Shown: positions 20,372 through 29,887 of the stretch, piece by piece
How positions within the stretch are numbered: position 1 is the stretch's first letter
Layout of the letters: the number at the start of each line of letters is the position of its first letter
Source: a bacterium CG10_46_32
GTDB lineage: Bacteria; Patescibacteriota; Patescibacteriia; UBA2169
DNA length: 64,000 nucleotides
Assembly: GCA_001889965.1 (NCBI GenBank)
Contig: MOEI01000006.1
Span: forward strand, 17,494-81,493
Reading direction: 5' to 3'
Program-made: the position numbers and the translations under genes
The notes under the pieces: model-generated
What the model was told of the DNA's origin: nothing
The model's database searches: none
Seen by the model: the letters and a program-made list of their open reading frames with translations, nothing else

Positions 20372-21175
20372 ATGCAAGAGACTAAATTACATTTTCAGCG
20401 TTTCGAATTCAAATACCTTTTGAGTTTTCAGGAATGTGCGGAAATAAGAAAACGAATCAGCAGGTATGTTGCTTTGGATGGGTTTGCCAAGGATTCAGCT
20501 CAGGGGTTTTACAAGGTGGTCAGCCTGTATTACGACAGCCCTACCTTTTATTACTACCACCAAAAAATCGATGGCACCCGCAACCGCAAAAAGTTTAGAC
20601 TACGCACCTATTGCGTGGATGGCTCATTTGCAAAGCCGATATTTTTTGAGATTAAACGCAAATTTGATTCAGTAATCCTTAAAGATCGGTTTTTATTGGA
20701 TATGCCTCTCTATGAAGACTTTATTAAGGACGGCAGATTTGCGGGCATGGAATCTCGAGGAGGCAACAGCACGCATGTTGCGGAAGAATACGAGGAAACG
20801 GCGGCTCGGCGCAGTTTGGGGCCCAAAGTGCTTATTACATACCGTAGGGAGCCGTATCTTGGGGCATTTAATAAAAATTTTCGCATTACTTTTGATTATG
20901 ATATTAAAGCGTGCGAAGGCACGAGCTTATTCGAGAAAAAATGCGATACACCAGTGCTTGCGGATGGAGTAATTATGGAGATTAAATTTAACGGCAGGCT
21001 TCCGCATTACATTAAAGAAATTATTGATGGATATAATCTAGAGCGGGTTGCGTATTCAAAATACTGCCACGCAGTGGAAGCATGCTATGCGCTGCCGTAC
21101 ATTGCCGCGCCGCGCAATTATTTTTTCAACATTGATCAACCATTATTAATGCAACCATATGAACGAATTATTTAA
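20372..21175 (+). CDS. VTC-domain (CYTH-like, polyphosphate-polymerase-like) protein
   Basis: LHFQRFEFKYLL...VVSLYYDSP...RNRKKFRLRTY matches the bacterial VTC domain pattern. Confidence 0.65.
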   Translation: MQETKLHFQRFEFKYLLSFQECAEIRKRISRYVALDGFAKDSAQGFYKVVSLYYDSPTFYYYHQKIDGTRNRKKFRLRTYCVDGSFAKPIFFEIKRKFDSVILKDRFLLDMPLYEDFIKDGRFAGMESRGGNSTHVAEEYEETAARRSLGPKVLITYRREPYLGAFNKNFRITFDYDIKACEGTSLFEKKCDTPVLADGVIMEIKFNGRLPHYIKEIIDGYNLERVAYSKYCHAVEACYALPYIAAPRNYFFNIDQPLLMQPYERII

Positions 21176-21839
21176 CGCAACAACCGGAGGAAATTTTACG
21201 CTTTTGAATATCCTCGTAAATCTTGGTCTTACCTTGGTGTTATCCCTGTTTATTGCCTGGATGTACAAAAAGACGCACCGTGGACTCTCGTATTCCCAGA
21301 GTTTTATATTCACGCTGATTTTGATCAGCATGATTACTACCATTGCCATGATGGTGATCGGAAACAGCCTTGCGGTCGCGTTTGGACTTTTGGGCGCGTT
21401 TTCCATTATCCGATTCCGGACGCCAGTCAAGGACACAAAGGATACAGGATACATTTTTTTCAGCCTAGTGGAAGGCATGGCCGTAGGAACAAATAATCAT
21501 TTAATCGCTTTTGTTTCAACACTTGTCGTTTTGGTTGTTATATGGGCGCTGTATAAGAGCAATTTCGGCGCGTTGCACAAGAACGAGTTTTTGCTCATCT
21601 TTAGCGTTGATTACCAAAAACGGGAGAATGATTCATTTGCAGGTATCTTCGAAAAATATCTCAAGAACAGCATGCTCTTGAACATCAACGCAAAAGAGCA
21701 TACGCATAAATCCGAAATGGTATATAGTGTTTCATTCATCGATGAATCCGAAAGCAATGCGCTTATCCAAGGATTAATGGCTGTTGATGGGGTTTCGGAG
21801 GCGCGGGTTATTAGTTCCAAAGCAGACATTGAATACTAG
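21159..21839 (+). CDS. DUF4956-family integral membrane protein
   Basis: GNSLAVAFGLLGAFSIIRFRTPVKDTKDTGYIFFSLVEGMAVG matches the DUF4956 signature. Three to four TM helices. Confidence 0.6.
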   Translation: MNELFNATTGGNFTLLNILVNLGLTLVLSLFIAWMYKKTHRGLSYSQSFIFTLILISMITTIAMMVIGNSLAVAFGLLGAFSIIRFRTPVKDTKDTGYIFFSLVEGMAVGTNNHLIAFVSTLVVLVVIWALYKSNFGALHKNEFLLIFSVDYQKRENDSFAGIFEKYLKNSMLLNINAKEHTHKSEMVYSVSFIDESESNALIQGLMAVDGVSEARVISSKADIEY

Positions 21840-21846
21840 GAGATAT

Positions 21847-23640
21847 ATGGCACTATCGCTTAAAGACAATCGAATTTCCAAAATCCTGTCGCTCTCGCGG
21901 CGCGCGTTTGGACGCTACAAATGGCAGATCGCGACATTGGCGGTTCTTGGACTTGTTACTGGCATTCTGGAGGGCGTTGGCGTTAACGCGTTGATCCCGC
22001 TGTTTTCGTTTGTTATCGGCACCAACGATGCCTCGATTGACCCGATTACGCGAAACATAGAAAGATTTTTTATTTTTATCCATATTCCATTTTCTCTTAA
22101 GTACCTGCTTATGTTCATCGTAGTGCTGTTTGTGCTTAAAGCGGTGATTATTTTGATTTTTAACTACATCAGAATCAAGATCGACACGAATTACGAAGAA
22201 ACTGTCCGGAATGACTTGTTTAAAAGCGTTTTGCTTGCGCAGTGGCCATACCTTCTTACACAAAAGATCGGCTATCTGGAAACAGTGCTAATGACTGATG
22301 TACTGCGTGGTTCTGTAATGTTGCGCCAAATAGGGAATATTATTATGGTAACAACCGGTCTTTTAGTGTATGCGCTGGTGGCAATCAATATTTCTCCAAT
22401 TATCACTATAAGCACGCTTGCGCTGGGTGCGGTTTTATTCCTGTTTTTTAAGCCGCTTCTGTATCGGACGCGTGTATGCGCGGTACGTGCGTCCGAGGCA
22501 AATAAAGAAGTTTCTCATTATGTGAATGAGAGTATTCTGGGGATGAAGACGATTAAGTCTATGCACGCGCATAGATGGGTGATTGCCAAAGGCGGAGAAT
22601 TTTTTGATGAATTAAAACGTTTAAAAATGATCACGCTTATTTTGAGCAGTGTTTCGAGCTCCCTGTTGCAGCCGATTAGTTTGATATTTATTGTTATTGT
22701 GTTTGCTCTAGCGTACAAAATGCCGGGATTTAGCGTTGCCGCGCTCATTGCGATTGTGTACTTGATTCAGAGGATTTTTCAGTACATTCAGCAGTTACAG
22801 TCCAATTTGCATGAGGCAAGCGATGCAGTGCCGTATTTGCAAAATCTCCTCGCATACCAGCAAAAAGCAGATGACCATCGAGAAAAAGATTTAGGGAAGA
22901 GCGAGTATTTATTTAAGCGCACGTTGTCGTTTAACAACGTCAGTTTTTCCTATCAGTTGGATCGGCCGGTATTGGATGGTCTCAGCTTTTCTATGAATAA
23001 GGGTGAAATGGTTGGTTTAATTGGCGAGTCTGGTTCCGGAAAAACCACTATTGTTGATTTGCTTTTACGTTTGTTTGATGCAAGCAAAGGGGAGATATTG
23101 CTTGATGGAAAAGATATTCGCGATGTGCGGCTCGGAGCATGGCGAAAGAACATTGGGTATGTTTCGCAAGATGTGTTTTTAATTAATGATACGATTGCTA
23201 ATAATATCAAGTTTTTTGATTCCGCTGTCTCGGACGCAGACGTTGTTGTTGCCGCAAAAATGGCGAATATTTATGAATTCATACAAAGCTGTCCAGATGG
23301 ATTTAAAACGATGGTGGGGGAGCGGGGGGTTATGCTTTCTGCGGGCCAGCGCCAGCGCGTTGCCATTGCCCGGGTATTGGCGCGCAAGCCAAAGATTTTG
23401 ATACTGGATGAAGCTACTAGTGCGCTTGATAATGAGTCTGAAGCGAAAATTCAGGAGGTTATCGAGAATCTTCGGCACAAGGTTACGGTTTTGGTTGTTG
23501 CGCATCGGCTTTCTACGGTTATGAGCGCGGACAAGCTTATTGTGTTGGAAAAAGGGATTATTATTGAAGAAGGCAAGCCGAAAGATTTGCTTAATGATGC
23601 ACATTCTTATTTTTACAAACTGAGTAATATGGTGAAGTAA
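21847..23640 (+). CDS. ABC transporter, fused permease/ATPase (type IV exporter, MsbA/PglK-like); candidate lipid-linked glycan flippase
   Basis: Six N-terminal TM helices, Walker A GESGSGKTT, signature LSAGQRQR, Walker B ILILDEATSALD. Confidence 0.85.
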   Translation: MALSLKDNRISKILSLSRRAFGRYKWQIATLAVLGLVTGILEGVGVNALIPLFSFVIGTNDASIDPITRNIERFFIFIHIPFSLKYLLMFIVVLFVLKAVIILIFNYIRIKIDTNYEETVRNDLFKSVLLAQWPYLLTQKIGYLETVLMTDVLRGSVMLRQIGNIIMVTTGLLVYALVAINISPIITISTLALGAVLFLFFKPLLYRTRVCAVRASEANKEVSHYVNESILGMKTIKSMHAHRWVIAKGGEFFDELKRLKMITLILSSVSSSLLQPISLIFIVIVFALAYKMPGFSVAALIAIVYLIQRIFQYIQQLQSNLHEASDAVPYLQNLLAYQQKADDHREKDLGKSEYLFKRTLSFNNVSFSYQLDRPVLDGLSFSMNKGEMVGLIGESGSGKTTIVDLLLRLFDASKGEILLDGKDIRDVRLGAWRKNIGYVSQDVFLINDTIANNIKFFDSAVSDADVVVAAKMANIYEFIQSCPDGFKTMVGERGVMLSAGQRQRVAIARVLARKPKILILDEATSALDNESEAKIQEVIENLRHKVTVLVVAHRLSTVMSADKLIVLEKGIIIEEGKPKDLLNDAHSYFYKLSNMVK

Positions 23641-25166
23641 TGAATATGAAAAAAGTTTTTTTAATAAATTTTTCTTCACAAATTCTCATTAACGTCGCTA
23701 ATAATTTAAAGGCGAATGGATCAGAGATTGTGTATTGGCAGGGTTATCGTGATGATTTTGACCATATGGATCGGAGTGAACATCCGGAAACCATATTTCA
23801 TCATGCGTTTGATGCCATTAAGAATATTTCACCCGAAGGAGTTGATGTATCTGAATTTGAACCAGTGAGCCATGAATTGGTCAGCCGGCTCTATGAGAGC
23901 GGCTGGCAGGCTTTAGCCATGATGAGCCGGGCTGATCATGCTGATTCTGTTTTTACTGAAAAACGGAATTATTATTATCAGTATTTAAAATTTTGGCAAG
24001 GCATGCTTAAAAGATTAAAGCCAGATGTGATTGTTTTTTCTGCCATCCCGCATTCAGCAACTAGCCATGTCCTGTATGCACTGGCAAAATTAATGAACAT
24101 CGAGACCATTATGATTAATCAGCTGACTATTGAGACGCGTGCCCTACTTATGACAGATTATCAAACCGATTCCGCAGCATTGCGGGACGAAGTAAAAAAA
24201 CATCGGTCGGCCAAGATCGGTATTGATACCTTGAGTCTGGATTTAAAAACATATTATTTAAACCACCTTGATCCGGCTATTGACTCAACGCCGCAATACA
24301 AAAAAGTTTACGCAAAAAGCAAGATGCCATTTGCTTTTCCGAGCGTGCCAACCATTATAAAACACCTATACCGATTGACTTTTTTTAACGTTGCGCGCTC
24401 GTACTTGACCATGATTTTAACCAAGAGAAAAATGAGTCACATCGGCCCGGTATTACGAGGTCAGTCGTACAAAAGTAAGATAAAAAAATGGAAGAAAGAA
24501 ATCGAGTGCGTTAAAAAAGAGTACGAAGCCCTGCAGCAACAGCCAGATTTGAATAAAAAGTTTGTTTATTTGCCTTTAAGTTTCCAGCCGGAGCAGACAA
24601 CTTGTCCTCGTGGTGATGTTTTTGACGATCAATTGCTTATGATAGATATCATATCTGCGTCGCTTCCAGAGGGATGGGTTTTGTATATTAAAGAACATGC
24701 GCCGCAGTGGTATCCGAAAAGCATTGAGGCATACCAGTACCGATATCAGGGCTACTATGAGAGAATTGCGTGCATGAAAAACACCATGTTGATTCCCGTG
24801 ACTACTTCAACATTTGATTTGATTGAACGAGCACAGGCTATTGCAACGGTTACTGGCACTGCAGGATGGGAGTCGCTGATACGATCCAAGCCAGTGTTGC
24901 TGTTTGGGTATATTTGGTATATGTACTGTGATGGCGTGTTTCAGGTGCAGGATGCGACTTCCTGCGCTAGAGCGTTTGAAGAAATATGCACCGGGTATCG
25001 CGTCGAATCGCAGAAAGTGATTAATTTTTTGGCCGCACTAGACTTGGTAAGCTTAAAAATTAAAAATTATAAAACACGTTTTTTTGTAGAGAGCGATGGC
25101 ATAACATTCGACGATAACGTTCGCGCGCTTACCAATGGTATTAGTAATATGATAAACAATTCGTAA
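23640..25166 (+). CDS. Capsule_synth-like (KpsS/KpsC/LpsZ-type) putative CMP-sugar-dependent GT-B glycosyltransferase
   Basis: C-terminal VYLPLSFQPEQT...WVLYIKEHAPQWYP resembles the HP-motif region of beta-Kdo and sialyl transferases. This is a weak call. Confidence 0.35.
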   Translation: MNMKKVFLINFSSQILINVANNLKANGSEIVYWQGYRDDFDHMDRSEHPETIFHHAFDAIKNISPEGVDVSEFEPVSHELVSRLYESGWQALAMMSRADHADSVFTEKRNYYYQYLKFWQGMLKRLKPDVIVFSAIPHSATSHVLYALAKLMNIETIMINQLTIETRALLMTDYQTDSAALRDEVKKHRSAKIGIDTLSLDLKTYYLNHLDPAIDSTPQYKKVYAKSKMPFAFPSVPTIIKHLYRLTFFNVARSYLTMILTKRKMSHIGPVLRGQSYKSKIKKWKKEIECVKKEYEALQQQPDLNKKFVYLPLSFQPEQTTCPRGDVFDDQLLMIDIISASLPEGWVLYIKEHAPQWYPKSIEAYQYRYQGYYERIACMKNTMLIPVTTSTFDLIERAQAIATVTGTAGWESLIRSKPVLLFGYIWYMYCDGVFQVQDATSCARAFEEICTGYRVESQKVINFLAALDLVSLKIKNYKTRFFVESDGITFDDNVRALTNGISNMINNS

Positions 25167-25169
25167 CCT

Positions 25170-26165
25170 ATGAACACCATGAACACACTCAAAGACAAAA
25201 CCATTTTAATTACCGGCGGCACAGGTTCGTTTGGTAAGAATTTTATACGATTTTTACTGGACCAATCGGAAGTAAAAAAAATTATTGTATTCAGCCGTGA
25301 CGAACTTAAACAGTCGGAAATGCAGCGCGAGATTCAAGATGTCCGATTACGTTTTTTTCTGGGGGATGTTCGTGATTTGGAGCGACTTAGGCGCGCGTTT
25401 TTTGAAGTTGATGTTGTGGTCCATGCCGCTGCGCTCAAACAGGTGCCTACGCTTGAGTATAATCCGTTTGAGGCGGTAAAAACCAACATCATGGGAACCC
25501 AGAACGTTATTGACGCGGCCATTGATTTGGGGGTTGAAAAAGTGGTATTGATTTCAACCGATAAAGCCGCGCAACCCATTAATTTATATGGTTCCACTAA
25601 GCAGTGCGCGGAAAAATTGTTCGTGGCCGGCAATTCGTACGCTGCCGGGCGTACGCGTTTTAGCTGTGTGCGATATGGAAATGTCATTGGAAGTCGAGGC
25701 AGTATTATTGAGATGTTGTTGCGGGAGAAAGATGCGCGCGAGGTGACAGTTACCGACGAGGGCATGACTAGGTTTTGGCTTTCTTTGGACGAAAGTTTCA
25801 AGTTGGTATGTTTCGCGCTTGAGCATATGGTTGGTGGAGAAATTTTTATACCGAAGGATATTCCCAGCATGCGCATGGGTGACGTATTTGCCGCGCTTGC
25901 TCCGAATGCTAAAAAGAAAATTATCGGCATCCGACCCGGAGAAAAGATGCACGAGGTACTATTGACCGAAGAAGAAGCACGCCGCGCTGTGGTGTTGGGA
26001 AAGTATTTTGTTGTGTTGCCCGAATATCATCACGCAGTCAGCATGGAGAAGTTTGAGCCATACAGGGCACAAGGGGAAACATTGCCCGATGGTTTTTCTT
26101 TTCGGAGCGATACAAATACTTTGCAAATGAGCAAGGAAGACCTGTGCGCCGTGGCGCAAAAATAA
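25170..26165 (+). CDS. pseB: UDP-N-acetylglucosamine 4,6-dehydratase (PseB/FlaA1-type short-chain enzyme)
   Basis: ILITGGTGSFGKNF Rossmann motif, YGSTK catalytic motif and about 331 aa. It sits next to a PseC-like transaminase. Confidence 0.75.
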   Translation: MNTMNTLKDKTILITGGTGSFGKNFIRFLLDQSEVKKIIVFSRDELKQSEMQREIQDVRLRFFLGDVRDLERLRRAFFEVDVVVHAAALKQVPTLEYNPFEAVKTNIMGTQNVIDAAIDLGVEKVVLISTDKAAQPINLYGSTKQCAEKLFVAGNSYAAGRTRFSCVRYGNVIGSRGSIIEMLLREKDAREVTVTDEGMTRFWLSLDESFKLVCFALEHMVGGEIFIPKDIPSMRMGDVFAALAPNAKKKIIGIRPGEKMHEVLLTEEEARRAVVLGKYFVVLPEYHHAVSMEKFEPYRAQGETLPDGFSFRSDTNTLQMSKEDLCAVAQK

Positions 26166-26168
26166 TTT

Positions 26169-27278
26169 ATGATACCCTACGCACGACAACATATTAGTCA
26201 GGACGACATTGCGGCGGTTGCTTCCGCACTTCGTTCGGATTGGCTCACCCAAGGTCCTCAAGTTGCTGTGTTTGAAAAGGCTTTGGCTTTGTACTGCGGT
26301 GTCAAGTACGTGGTTGCTGTTTCTAACGGGACGGCCGCGTTGCATATAGCATACCTTGCGGCCGGCATTGTCAGCGGAGATGAGGCTATCACAACTCCAA
26401 ACACGTTTGTCGCAACTACTAATATGCTTTTGGCTGTGGGTGTTAAGCCCGTGTTTTCAGATATCCGTCTAGATACGTATAACCTGAACCAGGAGGAAAT
26501 TGAAAAGCATATTACTAAAAAGACCAAAGTAATCGTGCCGGTGCATTTTGCCGGGCAGTCGTGTGACATGTCCGCCATTAGGTCAATTGCCAAAAAGCAC
26601 AAGCTCTTGGTCATCGAAGATGCCTGCCATGCACTAGGTGGGCAATATAGGCAGAAAAAAATCGGCAGTTGCGCGTATTCGGATATGGCGGTGTTTAGCT
26701 TCCATGCTATTAAATCAATTACCACGGCGGAAGGTGGCGCAGTGCTTACAAATAATAAAAAGTTTTATGAAAAAATGCTGCGCGTGCGGAGCCATGGAAT
26801 CCATAAAGACAAGAGCGGATTTAATGTGATGTCTGAGTTTGGGTACAACTACCGGCTGACAGAGTTACAGGCGGCCCTAGGCTTGTCGCAACTTAAGCAG
26901 TTAAATCGTTTTATTGCGGCTCGACGCAAGGTTGCACGAGCATACCAGGTCGCGCTTGAAGGCATTCCAGGAATCATAGCGCCCACGGAGCTGGATCAGA
27001 ACACTTCTGCATGGCACCTGTACGTTATCCGAACCAAGAAAGCATCCGACCGATTGCCGCTGTATCGGCATTTGCAACAATCCGGGATTGGCATCAATTT
27101 TCATTATCCGGCAGTGTACAGCCATCCCTACTATAAAAAATTGGGTTTTAAAGGGCGTCAGTGTCCTCATATGGAGTTGTACGGCAAGACAGCAATTACT
27201 TTGCCGATGCATGTTTCTGTTTCCGAGCGCGATATTAAAACTATTGCTCAAGCTATCAAATTGTATTTTAACGTATGA
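26169..27278 (+). CDS. pseC: DegT/DnrJ/EryC1/StrS-family PLP aminotransferase (PseC-like)
   Basis: N-terminal pattern typical of sugar aminotransferases and the SFHAIKSITTAEGG Lys motif. Confidence 0.75.
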   Translation: MIPYARQHISQDDIAAVASALRSDWLTQGPQVAVFEKALALYCGVKYVVAVSNGTAALHIAYLAAGIVSGDEAITTPNTFVATTNMLLAVGVKPVFSDIRLDTYNLNQEEIEKHITKKTKVIVPVHFAGQSCDMSAIRSIAKKHKLLVIEDACHALGGQYRQKKIGSCAYSDMAVFSFHAIKSITTAEGGAVLTNNKKFYEKMLRVRSHGIHKDKSGFNVMSEFGYNYRLTELQAALGLSQLKQLNRFIAARRKVARAYQVALEGIPGIIAPTELDQNTSAWHLYVIRTKKASDRLPLYRHLQQSGIGINFHYPAVYSHPYYKKLGFKGRQCPHMELYGKTAITLPMHVSVSERDIKTIAQAIKLYFNV

Positions 27279-28393
27279 GAGTGTGTAAAAAATGCATTCA
27301 GCCGGACACCAGGCCAGGCATACGGTTCGATGAAAAAGGTGTTTGTCCGCCCTGTCGTTTTTCTGAAGTGCACGAAAAAATTAATTGGAAAAAACGACGC
27401 ACAGAACTTGAAAAACTTGCGGATTTTGGCAGGAGCCAGAATGTCTCGGGTTATGATTGTATTGTATCGGTCAGTGGAGGAAAAGACAGCATGCGGCAGG
27501 CTCTGTATATACGTGATGAATTAAGAATGAAGCCGTTGCTAGTATCATGCGCCTATCCTCCTGAGCATGTAACTGAACGGGGCGTGTATAATCTTGCGAA
27601 CCTTATTGAGATTGGTTTTGACTGCATTACCGCGACTCCAAATCCGCAGGCGTGGAAACAAATGGTAAAGGCTGGATTTTATCAGCATGGCAACCTTTTA
27701 AAATCATGTGAAATGGCTCTGTATATTACCGCGCCGAAAGTTGCCATTGCGTATCATATTCCTTTGATTTGTTTGGGCGAGAACCCCGCAATCACTATCG
27801 GCGCTTTAGAGGTTGGTTCCGTAACCGGAGACGCTAACCGCATGAAGCGTTCCAATACTTTGGCGGGCGGCCCGGAATCCGTCAAAACAAAAGACATTAC
27901 TGAACGCGATTTGTATTGGTACCACTACCCTAGTGACGACGAAATGTCCTGGGCGGGCATGAAGATTTTTTATCTTGGATATTATGTTAAGGATTTTAAT
28001 AAATTTAAAAATGCCTCTTTTTCAATCAAGCATGGGCTGGAAGTGCGTAAGGACACGCCGGCGAATACGGGCAACTATTATAATTTTGAATCCCTTGATA
28101 ATGACTTTTCTTTAATCAACCAGATGCTTAAATATTTCAAATATGGGTTTGGCCGAATTACGGATCAACTTTCCGAAGCAATTCGGCTTGGTATGATGAC
28201 CCGAGATCGAGCCATTGTAATCGCAAAAAGATACGATGGTGCATGTTCGGATGTATATATTAAACGTTTCTGCAAGTACATAGGCATTACTCAGAAAGAA
28301 TTTTGGCGGGTCGCTGATTTGTATCGGAATCGCGAGATTTGGGAAAAAGACAAAAAAGGCGCCTGGCATATTAAGCCCGCATATCAGTTATGA
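27275..28393 (+). CDS. N-acetyl sugar amidotransferase (WbpG/PseA-like PP-loop ATP pyrophosphatase)
   Basis: CxxC zinc ribbon (CKKC...CPPC) and the PP-loop SVSGGKDS. HisH/HisF homologues lie downstream. Confidence 0.7.
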   Translation: MRVCKKCIQPDTRPGIRFDEKGVCPPCRFSEVHEKINWKKRRTELEKLADFGRSQNVSGYDCIVSVSGGKDSMRQALYIRDELRMKPLLVSCAYPPEHVTERGVYNLANLIEIGFDCITATPNPQAWKQMVKAGFYQHGNLLKSCEMALYITAPKVAIAYHIPLICLGENPAITIGALEVGSVTGDANRMKRSNTLAGGPESVKTKDITERDLYWYHYPSDDEMSWAGMKIFYLGYYVKDFNKFKNASFSIKHGLEVRKDTPANTGNYYNFESLDNDFSLINQMLKYFKYGFGRITDQLSEAIRLGMMTRDRAIVIAKRYDGACSDVYIKRFCKYIGITQKEFWRVADLYRNREIWEKDKKGAWHIKPAYQL

Positions 28394-29013
28394 AGAATAC
28401 AATTGTTATAATTGATTACGGAGTCGGCAATGTTCGTTCTGTAAAAAATGCACTTTCGTCTTTGGGGTATACTACTGTAATTTCGCAAGAAAAACGGGAT
28501 ATACAGGGGGCGGCATGTGTAGTGTTGCCGGGAGTCGGGGCATTTGCAGAAGGAATGAAAAATTTAAAAGCGTTGGGCCTTTTGCCTATTTTACATGATG
28601 CGGCTATAAAAAATAAAAAGCCTTTTTTGGGGATTTGCCTGGGCATGCAGCTTTTGGCTGAATCGTCGGAAGAGGGTGGGGTGCATGCCGGCCTCGGATA
28701 TATTCCCGGGCACGTGGTTCGGTTTCCAGAAAAGAAAACGCCTCGAATTCCGCATGTAGGCTGGAATACGGTTTCCGTATCAAAAACATACCCCTTGTTT
28801 GGAGATTTTGAAGCAGGAGCGCATTATTATTTTGATCACAGTTTTTATTTTAACGCGCCTAAAAAACATGTCTTGGCAACGTGCGAGTACGGAATCCAAT
28901 TTCCCGCCGCGGTTGGATTTGGCAATATTTACGGCGTGCAGTTCCATCCAGAGAAAAGTCAAGCAAACGGATTAAAGCTGTTTAGAAGTTTTTTTAAGAG
29001 CCACAACCTTTAA
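28390..29013 (+). CDS. hisH: Imidazole glycerol phosphate synthase HisH-like glutamine amidotransferase subunit
   Basis: IDYGVGNVRSV, GVGAF, GICLGMQ and the His/Glu triad region. Confidence 0.8.
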   Translation: MKNTIVIIDYGVGNVRSVKNALSSLGYTTVISQEKRDIQGAACVVLPGVGAFAEGMKNLKALGLLPILHDAAIKNKKPFLGICLGMQLLAESSEEGGVHAGLGYIPGHVVRFPEKKTPRIPHVGWNTVSVSKTYPLFGDFEAGAHYYFDHSFYFNAPKKHVLATCEYGIQFPAAVGFGNIYGVQFHPEKSQANGLKLFRSFFKSHNL

Positions 29014-29017
29014 CCAT

Positions 29018-29887
29018 ATGCTTAAGAAAAGGATAATCGCATGCATGACCGTAAAAGACAACATAGTTGTCCAGAGTATTGGTTTTAAGCAATACTTGCC
29101 GGTTGGAAGACTTGCGGTAGCAATTGAATTCTTAAGCCAGTGGGGAATTGACGAAATTGCGATTCTGGATATTTCTGCCACGGCTGAAAAACGCGGTCCA
29201 AATTTCAAACTAATTGCCCAGGCCGCGAAAAAGTGTTTCACGCCTTTGGCCGTGGGTGGCGGCATTAGGGATATTGCTGACATGAGAAAATTGAACCAAT
29301 TAGGCGCGGAAAAAATTATTATAAATAATTTGGCTTTGAGTCAGGGCGAAATTATTAAAAAAGCTGCAGAGATTTTTGGCAGCCAATTTATAGTGGTTTC
29401 CATTGACGCAAAAAAAGTCGGCGGAACATATGAAGTATTTTCTGATGGCGGGCAAAAGCCAATCGGGCTGGAGGTTGGGGTTTTTGCTAGAAAAGTTGAA
29501 CAACTAGGCGCGGGCGAGATATTTTTGAATTCTATTGATCAAGATGGATCAAAAAAAGGCTTTGACTTGAGGCTCATTGATGCAGTTGTTTCCAAGGTTA
29601 CTGTTCCGGTTATAGCGTGTGGAGGCGCGGGCGAGCCTGATCATTTTAGGGAGGCGATCATCAAAACAAAAGCGTCCGCAATTGCGGCTGGAAACTTTTT
29701 TCATTTTACCGAACACAGCCCCATTGTGCTGAAATCGTTTTTAAAAAGTACGCGCGTTCCCGTGCGTCTCGAAACATATGCGCAGTACAATGACGCAACA
29801 TTCGACAGAAGCGGCCGGCTTCAGAAGCGGCCGGAGCAGTATTTGAATACGTTACGATTTACTTATTTGCCAGAGGAGATTATATGA
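29018..29887 (+). CDS. hisF: Imidazole glycerol phosphate synthase HisF-like cyclase subunit (WbuZ-type)
   Basis: RIIACMTV...GIDEIAILDISA...PLAVGGGIRD (TIM-barrel HisF motifs). Confidence 0.75.
   Translation: MLKKRIIACMTVKDNIVVQSIGFKQYLPVGRLAVAIEFLSQWGIDEIAILDISATAEKRGPNFKLIAQAAKKCFTPLAVGGGIRDIADMRKLNQLGAEKIIINNLALSQGEIIKKAAEIFGSQFIVVSIDAKKVGGTYEVFSDGGQKPIGLEVGVFARKVEQLGAGEIFLNSIDQDGSKKGFDLRLIDAVVSKVTVPVIACGGAGEPDHFREAIIKTKASAIAAGNFFHFTEHSPIVLKSFLKSTRVPVRLETYAQYNDATFDRSGRLQKRPEQYLNTLRFTYLPEEII

Noticed and set aside
21784-21846. Upstream extensions of several ORFs proposed by the six-frame track (21784 for the ABC transporter; likewise 1154, 16897, 31088, 34896, 39541, 43041, 46795, 57549, 58354)
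   Set aside because: The extensions overlap the preceding gene by 50-240 nt. Internal ATGs placed immediately after the upstream stop give N-termini matching the family consensus.
28390-29887. Interpreting hisH/hisF as part of a histidine biosynthesis operon
   Set aside because: No other his genes are adjacent. They are flanked on both sides by WbpG-type amidotransferases, which is the known context of the sugar-amidination trio.
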